A stretch of DNA of 32,000 bases, taken from the NCBI RefSeq assembly GCF_001548275.1, contig NZ_AP014945.1, forward strand, positions 60,001 to 92,000, read 5' to 3'. The position numbers were made by a program, and so were the translations under genes. The stretch comes from Caldimicrobium thiodismutans (GTDB lineage: Bacteria > Desulfobacterota > Thermodesulfobacteria > Thermodesulfobacteriales > Thermodesulfobacteriaceae). Shown here piece by piece: positions 23,756-32,000 of the stretch. Position 1 is the first letter of the stretch; every line of letters starts with the position of its first letter. The notes below the pieces were generated by a model that did not search any database, was not told the DNA's origin, and worked only from the letters and a program-made list of their open reading frames with translations.

Positions 23756-25066
23756 TTATAGTTGACTCCTTGAAGGATTTTTTTCTTCAGTTGCAAGAAA
23801 GTGAAGATAAGTTGCCAGAGCATTTTTATAACGATATCCCTCAAGAAATCTCTCTTTCTCGTGAGTTGAAACCTTAAAGATTTTCTTAATTTTTGAGGTC
23901 TTAAGAGGCGCTTTTAGATGAGAGTAGTGAAATTCATGGGCATAAAAACCTTTTATGTCTCCTAAGAAAGGATGAGTTTCAAGAATTGAGACCCTTCTAT
24001 ATCCAAGGGTCAAGCCTTTTTTCTCAATTTCATAAGGGAAGACCCCTGAAAGGTGATAAAATCTCTTATTCCAATAGATTCCTTTAGAAAGATAAATAAG
24101 GCCACCACATTCTGCATAAAGGGGATTTCCCTCCTCAACAAAGGCCTTCAACTCCTTTATAAAGGTTTGGTTTTCGCAAAGTTCCTGGGCAAAAAGTTCA
24201 GGATATCCTCCTCCAAAATAGAGGGCCTCAACTTGCGAGGGAAGTCCTTTATCCCTAAGGGGACTAAAAAAAAGTAGCTCACTTTTTGTAGAGAGCTCAT
24301 CAAGAAGATGTTGATAATAAAAATTGAAAGCAATGTCCTTTGCAAGGCCAACTTTTTTAAATGGAAGGGGAGGTAAAAAGGAGGGTAGAGGATAACCCTC
24401 AAAAGATGGGTTTTCAAAAGTTTGAAGCAGGGACAAATCAAAGGAAATTTCAAGGGCACCTGCAACTTCTGAAATAAGGGCTTCTGCCTCCTTAAAATGT
24501 TCAGGAAGAAAGAGTCCAAGATGCCTTGAAGGAAGCTCATATTCTTTATTCCTGAAAAGATAACCAATAACTGGATATCTCTTTAAAGCCTTCTCCAATC
24601 TTAAAAGATGTTTTTCTGAAGAGACTCTGTTTAAAAAAAGAAAAAAAGGTAAAGAGGCTCTTTTAATTTTCTCTGCAAACCCTTTGACCACAAAGGTAAG
24701 ACTTTCTGCTAAACCATAGGTATCTAAGATCAGGATAATGGGAAGTTTAACAAGTCTTGCTACCTTAAAGGTAGAATACTTTCCATCAAAAAGCCCCATT
24801 ACTCCTTCAACTACAGAGTAAATACACCCTTTACTTTTATGATAAAAGAGGCCTTTAAGTCTTTTTTCTCCCATGGAAAAGAGATCAAGATTATAAGAGG
24901 GTCTCCCGCAAGCAAGAGCATGCCACTTAGGATCAATATAATCTGGCCCGATCTTAAAGGGTTGAACCTTAAATCCCTTTTTAGATAAAAGATGTAAAAT
25001 CCCAAGGGTAATAAGGGTTTTTCCCTCTCCACTTCTTGTTGCAGAAATTACAAAGCCTTTAGCCAT
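23756..25066 (-). CDS. cbiA: Cobyrinate a,c-diamide synthase
   Basis: 436 aa. N-terminal ATRSGEGKTLITLG nucleotide-binding loop and C-terminal GATase block LYAECGGLIYL. Confidence 0.9.
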   Translation of the reverse strand: MAKGFVISATRSGEGKTLITLGILHLLSKKGFKVQPFKIGPDYIDPKWHALACGRPSYNLDLFSMGEKRLKGLFYHKSKGCIYSVVEGVMGLFDGKYSTFKVARLVKLPIILILDTYGLAESLTFVVKGFAEKIKRASLPFFLFLNRVSSEKHLLRLEKALKRYPVIGYLFRNKEYELPSRHLGLFLPEHFKEAEALISEVAGALEISFDLSLLQTFENPSFEGYPLPSFLPPLPFKKVGLAKDIAFNFYYQHLLDELSTKSELLFFSPLRDKGLPSQVEALYFGGGYPELFAQELCENQTFIKELKAFVEEGNPLYAECGGLIYLSKGIYWNKRFYHLSGVFPYEIEKKGLTLGYRRVSILETHPFLGDIKGFYAHEFHYSHLKAPLKTSKIKKIFKVSTHEKERFLEGYRYKNALATYLHFLATEEKNPSRSQL

Positions 25067-26136
25067 TCCCTTAAAGCCCCTATAAAAAGTTTTAAACTTT
25101 TTTCATCTTTTAGGGAAACCCTGAAATCCCCTTCAGTTAATCCATAAAAATTAAAACAGGGTCTTATCAAGATATGTTTTTCTTTAAGGAGCCAGAAGAA
25201 AAAATTCTTTCCACCTGGAAGATGCCTTAGTAGATAAAAATTAGTATAGCTTGGAAGAAAGTTAACCTCCATTTCTTTTAGGGCTTTCTCAAAAAGGGTT
25301 TTTAAATTTTGAAAATATTTTAAGCTCCTTTTTTTAAACTCCTGGTTTAAAAGGAGTTCTCTGGCAAGATATTGAGAGAGAGTATTGGCACTCCAGGTGG
25401 GAACCAAGGCTTTGACTTTAGAAAGAAGGGGATTTAAAGTAACTAAATATCCAATTCTTACTCCTGCAAGACCATAAAATTTGCTTAAGGATCTAAGAAT
25501 AAAGAGATTTTCATGGGTTTTAGTTTGGGAGATAAGAGATTCCTCCTCCACAAAATCAATAAAGGCTTCATCAATTATAAAAAAGGTTTCTTCATATTTA
25601 GAGATTAAAGTAGAGAGAGCCTCCTTGTTAAAAACTAATCCTGTTGGATTGTTTGGATGGCAAATAATTACTGCCTTTCCTTTACTTTCCTTCTTTAGAA
25701 ATTTTTCAATAGCTTCGAGATGTTCTTCCGGATTAAGGGAAAAGTGGGTATAAATTTTTGATTTTTCCTTTAATTTAAGAATTTTTCTATATCCTACAAA
25801 GGTTGGTTCAGGAAGAAAAAATTTTGTTCTCTCAGGCAAAATTAGTATTAGCCCTTGAAGAAGTTCATAGGACCCATTTCCAATCACAATAGATTTTTTA
25901 TCTATACCATAGGTTTTGGAAAGGACTTCTTTTAAATCTTCCCCCTCTGGATCTGGATAAAATTCAAGAATACTTAAAAGTTTTTTAGAGTTTATTTTAA
26001 GAAATTTTTTAATCAGAGGATTTGCAGAAGAACTTAAGTCTATGATTTCAAAAGGTGAAAGCTTTAAATTTTTTGCATAATAATAAACATTTCCACCATG
26101 CTCAGTAAATTTTTGAAGAAAGTTTAAATCAGTCAT
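25048..26136 (-). CDS. cobD: L-threonine-O-3-phosphate decarboxylase (PLP-dependent, aminotransferase class I/II fold)
   Basis: 362 aa. HGGN near the N-terminus and the PLP-lysine block LRSLSKFYGLAGVRIGY. Lies between cbiB and cbiA. Confidence 0.8.
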   Translation of the reverse strand: MTDLNFLQKFTEHGGNVYYYAKNLKLSPFEIIDLSSSANPLIKKFLKINSKKLLSILEFYPDPEGEDLKEVLSKTYGIDKKSIVIGNGSYELLQGLILILPERTKFFLPEPTFVGYRKILKLKEKSKIYTHFSLNPEEHLEAIEKFLKKESKGKAVIICHPNNPTGLVFNKEALSTLISKYEETFFIIDEAFIDFVEEESLISQTKTHENLFILRSLSKFYGLAGVRIGYLVTLNPLLSKVKALVPTWSANTLSQYLARELLLNQEFKKRSLKYFQNLKTLFEKALKEMEVNFLPSYTNFYLLRHLPGGKNFFFWLLKEKHILIRPCFNFYGLTEGDFRVSLKDEKSLKLFIGALREWLKAL

Positions 26137-27110
26137 TTAAGCCCTTTAAAAATTAAGATTATAAAAAGCATAAAAAAACTGCTTAAGTATAAAAGATTTT
26201 TGGCTAAGGGGATAGCCTGTTCTAAATTTGTTAAGTAATCTTCTCCGAGATAGGGTTTTTCAACGAGTTTTCCTCCGTAATAGGCAGGTCCAAGAAGTCT
26301 TACTCCAAGTGCACCAGCAAGTGCAGCCTCAGGATATCCACTGTTAGGAGAGGGATGTTTTGGGCCATATCTAAAAGTCCATTTAAGAGCCCTACATCCT
26401 GAAGAAATGCCAAAATAAATAGAGGAAGAAAGAACTATAAGTAAAGCGGTTAATCTTGCAGGAATAAAATTTAAAAGATCATCCATTTTGGCAGAAAACC
26501 AGCCAAAGTGAATATACCTTTCATTTTTATAGCCTACCATGGAATCAAGGGTATTTACTGTTTTATAAAAAATTATCCCTGGAAGGCCAAAAAGGGAAAG
26601 CCAGAAAAGAGGAGCAATCACTCCATCATTAAGATTTTCTCCATAACTCTCAAGGATAGCTTTGCGAATAGAATTTTTTTCTAAATTATCTGTATCCCTT
26701 CCAACAAGGGCCTTAAGTTCCCCTCTTGCCAGCGCTATTTCTTTTTTCTGAAGATATTCCTCAATTTTTAGACCTGTGGTGATAAGCCCTTTTAAGGCAA
26801 GAAAAAGAGAAATAGTAAAAATAAATAAAACTTCTGAAAGCATAAAATAGTTATTCTTGAGGCTTTCCAAAATCAACAGAAAGAAAAGGGTTATAAGAAG
26901 CACTGTGAGATTTACCGCAAAGAAAAAGAGAATTCCTTTAACCTTTTCTGAAAATATTTTTAATCTTCTAAAGGGCTCTTCATAGATTGAGATAATTTTC
27001 CCAATTCCTGAAACAGGATGAGGAAAACCTCTGGGATCACCAATAATTAAGTCAAGAAAAAAGGAAAGGGCTATGTGATAACCTTTAATCTCAAAAGGGG
27101 TCATCTTCAA
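26133..27110 (-). CDS. cbiB: Adenosylcobinamide-phosphate synthase
   Basis: 325 aa membrane protein. FPHPVSGIGKII and HPSPNSGYPEAALAGALGVRLLG are characteristic of CbiB. Confidence 0.88.
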   Translation of the reverse strand: MKMTPFEIKGYHIALSFFLDLIIGDPRGFPHPVSGIGKIISIYEEPFRRLKIFSEKVKGILFFFAVNLTVLLITLFFLLILESLKNNYFMLSEVLFIFTISLFLALKGLITTGLKIEEYLQKKEIALARGELKALVGRDTDNLEKNSIRKAILESYGENLNDGVIAPLFWLSLFGLPGIIFYKTVNTLDSMVGYKNERYIHFGWFSAKMDDLLNFIPARLTALLIVLSSSIYFGISSGCRALKWTFRYGPKHPSPNSGYPEAALAGALGVRLLGPAYYGGKLVEKPYLGEDYLTNLEQAIPLAKNLLYLSSFFMLFIILIFKGLK

Positions 27111-28600
27111 AGTCCAAGGAGTTGATTGATAGCCTTCATGTCTAAGTGTTTTTCCACAAAATCAGAAAGATCAGATAAAGCCTCGTTTACCTCTTGCCAA
27201 TAAGAAACTTTTACAGGAAGTGCAGGTAAACCTTTTTTTAAACGATGGCGATTTATGAGGGCTCTTCTTAAGTTATCATTAGTAAAAATCCCGTGAAGAT
27301 AAGTCCCCCAAACATTTCCTTTTTTGGAGCCATCCCTTAGGGTTTCTCCATGAGCTAAGCGAAAGATTTCAAAAAGATTTAAATCTCCTGCGGAGATGCC
27401 CTTGTGAATTTCAAAACCCCAGAGATTTTCTCCTGGGAAATTTTCTTCAAGCGACTTTGCATAACATTGAGTTGTGATCTTTTCAGGATAAAAAGTGGTT
27501 TCTATTTCAAGAAAGCCAAGGCCATTCATTTCCTCAAGATCTCCCTCAAGTTTATAGGGGTTTTTAAGGACCTTTCCAAGCATTTGAAATCCCCCACAAA
27601 TTCCGATAATTTCTGCCCCTCGGTTGAGGGCTTTTTTTATAATCTCATCAATACCTTTTTCTTTAAGCCATAAAAGGTCGCTTAATGTATTTTTACTTCC
27701 AGGAAGAATGATGATATCTGCTGAAAGAAGCTCTTCCTCTCTAAAGGAATAAGAAATCTCTACATCCTCTTCAAGATAAAAGGGATCAAAGTCATAAAAG
27801 TTTGAAATGCGCCTAAAGGGAAGAATAACAAGCTTGACTTCCCCCCTTTTTAAGGCTTTAGGTTTTCCAAAAAATGAAAAGCCATCTTCATCAGAGATTT
27901 TCAAATCCTCTTTATAAGGAAGTATTCCAAGGGATTTGAGCTTAGTAAGTTCTTTAAGTCTTTCAATTCCAGAGCGAAGAAGCCTTTCATCTCCTCTAAA
28001 CTTGTTAATAATAAAACCAAAAAGTTGATGGGCATATTCTGGTTTAAATCTTTTTAATAGCTCAAAGGTTCCAAAGATAGAAGCAAAAACTCCCCCTTTA
28101 TCAATATCACCAAGAAGAAGAACAGGGCACTTCAAATAAAGAGCAGGTTTAATGTTAACAAGATCAACCTCAAGGAGATTTATTTCAGCAGGACTTCCAG
28201 CCCCCTCAAGAAGAATAAGCTCATACTTATTTTTAAGATAATCAAGAACCTCTTTCACAGTTTCCCACAGCAGATCTCTTTCCTGATAATAATCTCTGGC
28301 AGAAAGGGTTTTATAGAGTTTTCCAAGAAGAAGAACCTGGCTTTTTTGATTTCCTTCAGGTTTTAAAAGAATGGGATTAAAATACTTTTCAGGCTCAAGG
28401 TAAGAGGCCATGGCCTGTAAAGCCTGAGCAAGCCCGATTTCGCTTCCATCCTTACAGACAAAGCTCTGAAGACTCATATTTTGTGCCTTAAAAGGAGCAA
28501 CTCTTATTCCTTTTTTAGCAAAGTGTCTGCAAAGGGCTGTTACCAGAAAGGATTTTCCAGCAGAAGAGCCTGTTCCTGTAATCATTAAAGCCTTTCCCAT
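27107..28600 (-). CDS. cobQ: Cobyric acid synthase
   Basis: 497 aa. N-terminal MITGTGSSAGKS and C-terminal GATase block IIGICGGFQMLG. Confidence 0.92.
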   Translation of the reverse strand: MGKALMITGTGSSAGKSFLVTALCRHFAKKGIRVAPFKAQNMSLQSFVCKDGSEIGLAQALQAMASYLEPEKYFNPILLKPEGNQKSQVLLLGKLYKTLSARDYYQERDLLWETVKEVLDYLKNKYELILLEGAGSPAEINLLEVDLVNIKPALYLKCPVLLLGDIDKGGVFASIFGTFELLKRFKPEYAHQLFGFIINKFRGDERLLRSGIERLKELTKLKSLGILPYKEDLKISDEDGFSFFGKPKALKRGEVKLVILPFRRISNFYDFDPFYLEEDVEISYSFREEELLSADIIILPGSKNTLSDLLWLKEKGIDEIIKKALNRGAEIIGICGGFQMLGKVLKNPYKLEGDLEEMNGLGFLEIETTFYPEKITTQCYAKSLEENFPGENLWGFEIHKGISAGDLNLFEIFRLAHGETLRDGSKKGNVWGTYLHGIFTNDNLRRALINRHRLKKGLPALPVKVSYWQEVNEALSDLSDFVEKHLDMKAINQLLGL

Positions 28601-29367
28601 AAAACCGCTCCATAAAAAAGGGTAACCCCCTCTATAATTTCAACAAGAGCACCATAATTATCCCCTGTAAGTCCCAAAAAGGCTTTTTCAAATTTGTTCT
28701 TAAAGTAAAAAGATATTAATAAATTTATACATAAAATCAAAAGGAAATGATAAATTTTTAAGAATTGTTGTGAAAAAACAAAAACCCCCCAAATAAACAC
28801 ACTTAGAGCGAGACCAAGAGCAAGGCCAGAGGGTTTTAAGCTTTTTTTCATTAGAAAACCAAGGCCATCTTTTCTTGCTGGCTGAGAAGAATAGATGATT
28901 ATAAGTAAGAGCGCCCTTGAGAGAAAAAAGGGCAGAAACAGGAAACTTAAATTATTCTGGTTGAGTATTTCCTTTATTAAAAGAAACTTCAAGAGAAGAT
29001 TCACCACTATGGTTGTAACTCCAGAAACTCCAACAGTGCTATCTTTCATAATAGCAAGTCTTTTAATTCTATCTTCTTCAGGATTACCACTTCCTTTATA
29101 GGATAAAGCATCAAAGGTATCAGAAAGGCCATCAAGATGAAAGATACCCCTCAGAAGCAAAAGGGTTAAAAGAAGCAAAAGGGCGAGGATATCTTCTGGA
29201 AGATATGGTGCTAAAAGGCTTGAAAGAAAAAAAATTATTATTCCTTCAAGGGCTCCTATTACAGGAAAGAAAATTAGTGCTCTTTCAAAGTCCTTTTCTG
29301 TAATTTTCCCAATTTTTATAGGGATTCTCCACAAAAAAGAGGCTGAAAGTAAAAGCCCTTTAAACAT
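28585..29367 (-). CDS. cobS: Adenosylcobinamide-GDP ribazoletransferase (cobalamin synthase)
   Basis: 260 aa polytopic membrane protein with the HLDGLSDTFDAL motif. Confidence 0.88.
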   Translation of the reverse strand: MFKGLLLSASFLWRIPIKIGKITEKDFERALIFFPVIGALEGIIIFFLSSLLAPYLPEDILALLLLLTLLLLRGIFHLDGLSDTFDALSYKGSGNPEEDRIKRLAIMKDSTVGVSGVTTIVVNLLLKFLLIKEILNQNNLSFLFLPFFLSRALLLIIIYSSQPARKDGLGFLMKKSLKPSGLALGLALSVFIWGVFVFSQQFLKIYHFLLILCINLLISFYFKNKFEKAFLGLTGDNYGALVEIIEGVTLFYGAVLWERL

Positions 29368-29369
29368 GG

Positions 29370-30428
29370 TTAATGGAGATTTTTGGAGACTCCTGCAGAG
29401 TCAAAGGTTGCCATTTCATGATAGATTTTTAGAGAAGCCTCAATAAGAAGCATGGCAAGAGCTGCCCCTGTTCCCTCACCAAGTCTAAGATTGAGATCAA
29501 GAAGGGGAGAAAGCCCCATGTATTCAAGCTGGGCCTGGTGCCCCCTTTCCATAGATCTATGTGAAGCGATCACATAATTTTTGACCAGGGGATTAATTTT
29601 ATATGCGATTAAAACCCCTGCTCCAGTTATAAAGCCATCCATAACAACAGGCACTCTCCTTTCTGCACAAGCAAGCACAACACCTGCACAGGCCCCGATT
29701 TCAGCCCCACCAACCTTAGAAAGAACATCAATAGGATCTTCAGGATTAGGCTTGTGAAGAGCTATTGCTTTTTTAATTACCTCAATTTTTCGCTGAAAGA
29801 AATGGTCATTTATTCCTGTTCCTCTTCCTGTGACTTCTTCAACAGGTCTTCCTGTTATTACTGCAGTAATAGCTGAAGAAGGTGTCGTATTACCAATCCC
29901 CATATCTCCAATTCCAATAAGATTATACCCTTCTGAAATAGCCTCTTTTGCAAGTTCATAACCTACCTCTATACACCTTAAGGCCTCTTCCCTTGTCAGG
30001 GCCTGCTCTTTGGCAAAATTTCTTGTTCCGAAACATACCTTTTTATCGATAAGCTCTGGAATATTTTCAAACTTACAATCCACACCTACATCCACCACTT
30101 TGACCTCAGCTCCTGAAAATCTGGCAAGAACATTTATGCCAGCTCCTCCTCTCAAGAAATTATAAATCATTTGCGCTGTAACCTCCTTAGGAAAAGCAGA
30201 AACTCCTTCCTCCGTAACCCCATGATCCCCTGCAAAGACAAAACTTAGTTTTTTATTTATTTTAGGGTAGGGGGTTTCAAAAATAGCCACCATTTGGGCT
30301 GCAAGTTCCTCAAGCCTGCCAAGGCTACCCTTGGGTTTTGTAAGATTATCAAGTCTTTCCCAGGCTTTCTTAAACCACTCCTCTTTTAAGGGCTCAATTT
30401 TTATCTGAAAAGGCCATTCTTTAGCCAT
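29370..30428 (-). CDS. cobT: Nicotinate-nucleotide-dimethylbenzimidazole phosphoribosyltransferase
   Basis: Motifs GSLGRLEEL, GDMGIGNTT and LGEGTGA. Start set at MAKEWPF (ATG at 30428, SD GGGGGTGGA upstream), because the track start at 30464 falls inside the predicted -10 region. Confidence 0.88.
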   Translation of the reverse strand: MAKEWPFQIKIEPLKEEWFKKAWERLDNLTKPKGSLGRLEELAAQMVAIFETPYPKINKKLSFVFAGDHGVTEEGVSAFPKEVTAQMIYNFLRGGAGINVLARFSGAEVKVVDVGVDCKFENIPELIDKKVCFGTRNFAKEQALTREEALRCIEVGYELAKEAISEGYNLIGIGDMGIGNTTPSSAITAVITGRPVEEVTGRGTGINDHFFQRKIEVIKKAIALHKPNPEDPIDVLSKVGGAEIGACAGVVLACAERRVPVVMDGFITGAGVLIAYKINPLVKNYVIASHRSMERGHQAQLEYMGLSPLLDLNLRLGEGTGAALAMLLIEASLKIYHEMATFDSAGVSKNLH

Positions 30429-30463
30429 CCTGCATCCACCCCCTATGGTAAAATCATTTACCA

Positions 30464-30524
30464 TAAATATACCCTAAAAATTTCTTTTTCAAAGTTTTGT
30501 ATAATTCCATATCTTTTGAGACTC
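30464..30524 (-). promoter_or_regulatory. Upstream box (partly degenerate) plus candidate promoter of the cobT-cobS-cobQ-cbiB-cobD-cbiA operon
   Basis: Minus strand reads GAGTCTCAAAAGATATGGAATTATACA (30524-30498), then -35 TTGAAA (30492-30487), then TATATT or TATTTA 15-17 nt downstream. Confidence 0.55.
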
Positions 30525-30850
30525 TATAGGATTTTTTCTTTGGGCCTAACACAAATTAAATCTTTCCACATACCCGTTCCCCTTCGGAAAGAAAGGATAA
30601 AAAATCTGCAAAATCTTTCCTTAAGTAGGGGTTTAAAATTTTATACCCCTTGAATTTTTTGTGGGTCTGTTGTAGCACAGACATTCTTGTCTGTGTTTCT
30701 TTCATACATGGGAGTGTAATTTGCCTCCACAGGCAAGATTGCCTGTGTTACTTTCAGACTTGTATAACCTCCCTTGTATAGATATCTAATTCCCCTTTTG
30801 CCCCACTTCCTTTTTCTTGTAAGGATATGAATTTATGCAAAGGTTTAATT
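30525..30850 (-). repeat. Intergenic modular repeat, copy C (full-length variant, inverted relative to A and B)
   Basis: The reverse complement aligns end to end with 4649-4958. Hairpin units at 30676-30707 and 30728-30759; AT palindrome at 30627-30650. Confidence 0.9.
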
Positions 30851-30978
30851 CTTTGGGAATCCAAATTTAATCTTGAATAGATTTTTCAAAAGCTCAATAT
30901 GTTAGATAGGACGAAGGTTTTAAGAGAGATTAAATATATTAATTACACCTTGAGGGGTACAATATAAATATTTTCTAT

Positions 30979-31299
30979 TTAAAAGTTTGAAGGATATATT
31001 CTGCTATTTTTTTTGGCCTCTTCATCAGGAATATAATTGTCCCCAAATTTCGGCATACCAGGCCCAGGGTTTCGCATTTTACTAATTATATCTTCAGGAG
31101 TTTTAATATTGTTGGCGTCAAGATCCTTTTTATGTAAAGTCTTGCTACGATTAATAATATTTCCTCCATTGGGATGACAAATAGCACAATGTTCCCTAAA
31201 TAGGACCTCCCCTGTTTTTCCTTTTAATGGTTCTCCAGAAAAGGCTAAAATAGAAGGGAAGCTTATACTTATGGCTAAACTTATGATAATTTTTTTCAT
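30979..31299 (-). CDS. Monoheme class I c-type cytochrome (secreted)
   Basis: 106 aa. N-terminal signal-like MKKIIISLAISISFPSILA, a single CAICH haem-binding motif, and a distal Met context (PGPGMPKF). Confidence 0.8.
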   Translation of the reverse strand: MKKIIISLAISISFPSILAFSGEPLKGKTGEVLFREHCAICHPNGGNIINRSKTLHKKDLDANNIKTPEDIISKMRNPGPGMPKFGDNYIPDEEAKKNSRIYPSNF

Positions 31300-31311
31300 C
31301 TTTTCACCCCC

Positions 31312-31629
31312 TTATTTGGTCCCATAATTAATAGTAAGATAATTGATTATTACCTCAACATCAGGCTCAGGAATTGGCGCTCCATATACTTTTATCATCT
31401 TATTAACTATTTCTGACCACTTATTTTTTGAAAATTTAGGTTGCATAATTATGTAATCTGTGCTATGACAAATATTGCAATAGGTCTCCACTTTCTCCTT
31501 TCCTTTCCCTGCTTTAAGTTCAACTTGGATAGGTGGAAGCTCAATAGATTTTACTGAATCCTGAGAAATAGCCCAAGAAACTCCACTAACTAATATTAAT
31601 CCAGAGATCCATATTATTATTTTTTTCAT
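31312..31629 (-). CDS. Monoheme c-type cytochrome, probable electron-acceptor subunit of the upstream molybdoenzyme
   Basis: 105 aa. Signal-like N-terminus and a single CNICH motif. Immediately downstream of the sulfite-oxidase-family gene. Confidence 0.7.
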   Translation of the reverse strand: MKKIIIWISGLILVSGVSWAISQDSVKSIELPPIQVELKAGKGKEKVETYCNICHSTDYIIMQPKFSKNKWSEIVNKMIKVYGAPIPEPDVEVIINYLTINYGTK

Positions 31630-31640
31630 TTTTCTCCTCC

Positions 31641-32000
31641 TTATTCAACTACTATTTCTATTTTTTCTATTTTATTCCAAAGATAGCCTGCTGGATTCCA
31701 CAAACTTTCAAAGGGCTGAGATTCACCAATACTATTTGTAGCTCTTGCCATTAATACATATTTACCAGATTTTGTGGGTTTAAAACTATAAAACCATTGA
31801 ATCCATGAGTATCTACCTAAATCTTTGCCAAGCCTTGTGGTATGCCATGTCGTTCCTCCATCTATAGATACAATTACATCTTTTATACTATATCCCCCTG
31901 AAAAAGCTATTCCCATAATATTAATTTCTCTACCCCTTTTAAAGATAGCTCCATCCTGAGGTTCAATTATCAGAGATCTTGTAGTCATTCTACTAACGGG
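31641..32000 (-). CDS. Sulfite-oxidase-family molybdopterin oxidoreductase (SorA/SoxC-like), C-terminal part only
   Basis: The visible part matches the Moco-oxidoreductase dimerisation domain (VSIDGGTTWHTTRL, ARATNSIGESQP, WNPAGYLWN). The reading frame stays open to the window edge, so the ATG at 31988 is probably internal. Confidence 0.7.
   Translation of the reverse strand, partial: PVSRMTTRSLIIEPQDGAIFKRGREINIMGIAFSGGYSIKDVIVSIDGGTTWHTTRLGKDLGRYSWIQWFYSFKPTKSGKYVLMARATNSIGESQPFESLWNPAGYLWNKIEKIEIVVE

Noticed and set aside
2753-29101. Many 60-140-aa ORFs antisense to or nested in confident genes: 2753-2998, 3205-3480, 3769-4038, 8786-8974, 17070-17321, 17651-17890, 18527-18730, 20798-21022, 22182-22424, 22564-22818, 24053-24277, 24157-24567, 24811-25032, 25481-25753, 27404-27673 and 28895-29101.
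   Set aside because: All lie inside longer ORFs with clear family signatures on the other strand or frame. Their low-complexity F/L/K/S-rich translations are typical of shadow ORFs in AT-rich DNA.
30429-30464. 12-codon N-terminal extension of cobT (MVNDFTIGGGCR) from the track.
   Set aside because: The ATG at 30464 falls within the predicted -10 region and has no SD. The ATG at 30428 has a GGGGGTGGA SD, and the MAKEWPF start fits CobT N-termini.

Overview
AT-rich, very tightly packed bacterial chromosomal segment. The E/K/I/L-rich proteins suggest a thermophile, but that is inference only. Almost all of it is housekeeping. There are purine genes (purD, purE, purK, purM), bioY, glyQ-glyS-selB, a Lon-like protease, tRNA-Pro(UGG) and a core-only type IA topoisomerase. 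A near-complete early-cobalt-insertion (anaerobic-type) cobalamin pathway is split into two convergent operons: topA-cbiL-cbiF-cbiGH-orf-cobU on the + strand, and cobT-cobS-cobQ-cbiB-cobD-cbiA-[300 bp gap]-cbiXC-cobF-like-cbiET on the - strand. The right edge carries two monoheme cytochromes c and the 3' part of a sulfite-oxidase-family molybdoenzyme gene that runs off the window. No CRISPR array, transposase, integrase or recognisable defence genes were seen. The unusual content is non-coding. (1) Every transcription unit that starts in the window has the same ~26-nt box (consensus GAGTCTCAAAAGATATGGACGCATACA) directly upstream of a sigma70-like -35 hexamer; there are 8 copies. (2) A modular 200-330 bp intergenic repeat occurs three times (201-404, 4649-4958, 30525-30850), with truncated relatives elsewhere. 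It carries two perfectly conserved tandem hairpin units and always ends in that box plus a promoter pointing at the next gene. Non-coding DNA is concentrated in these promoter islands, while convergent gene ends overlap or are 1-20 nt apart. Secondary points: an uncharacterised GATase1/BPL_N-like protein inside the cbi operon, a CobF-like methyltransferase in a cluster with no cbiD, a CbiX-CbiC fusion, a Lon-like protease with degenerate Walker motifs, and no recognisable B12 riboswitch.
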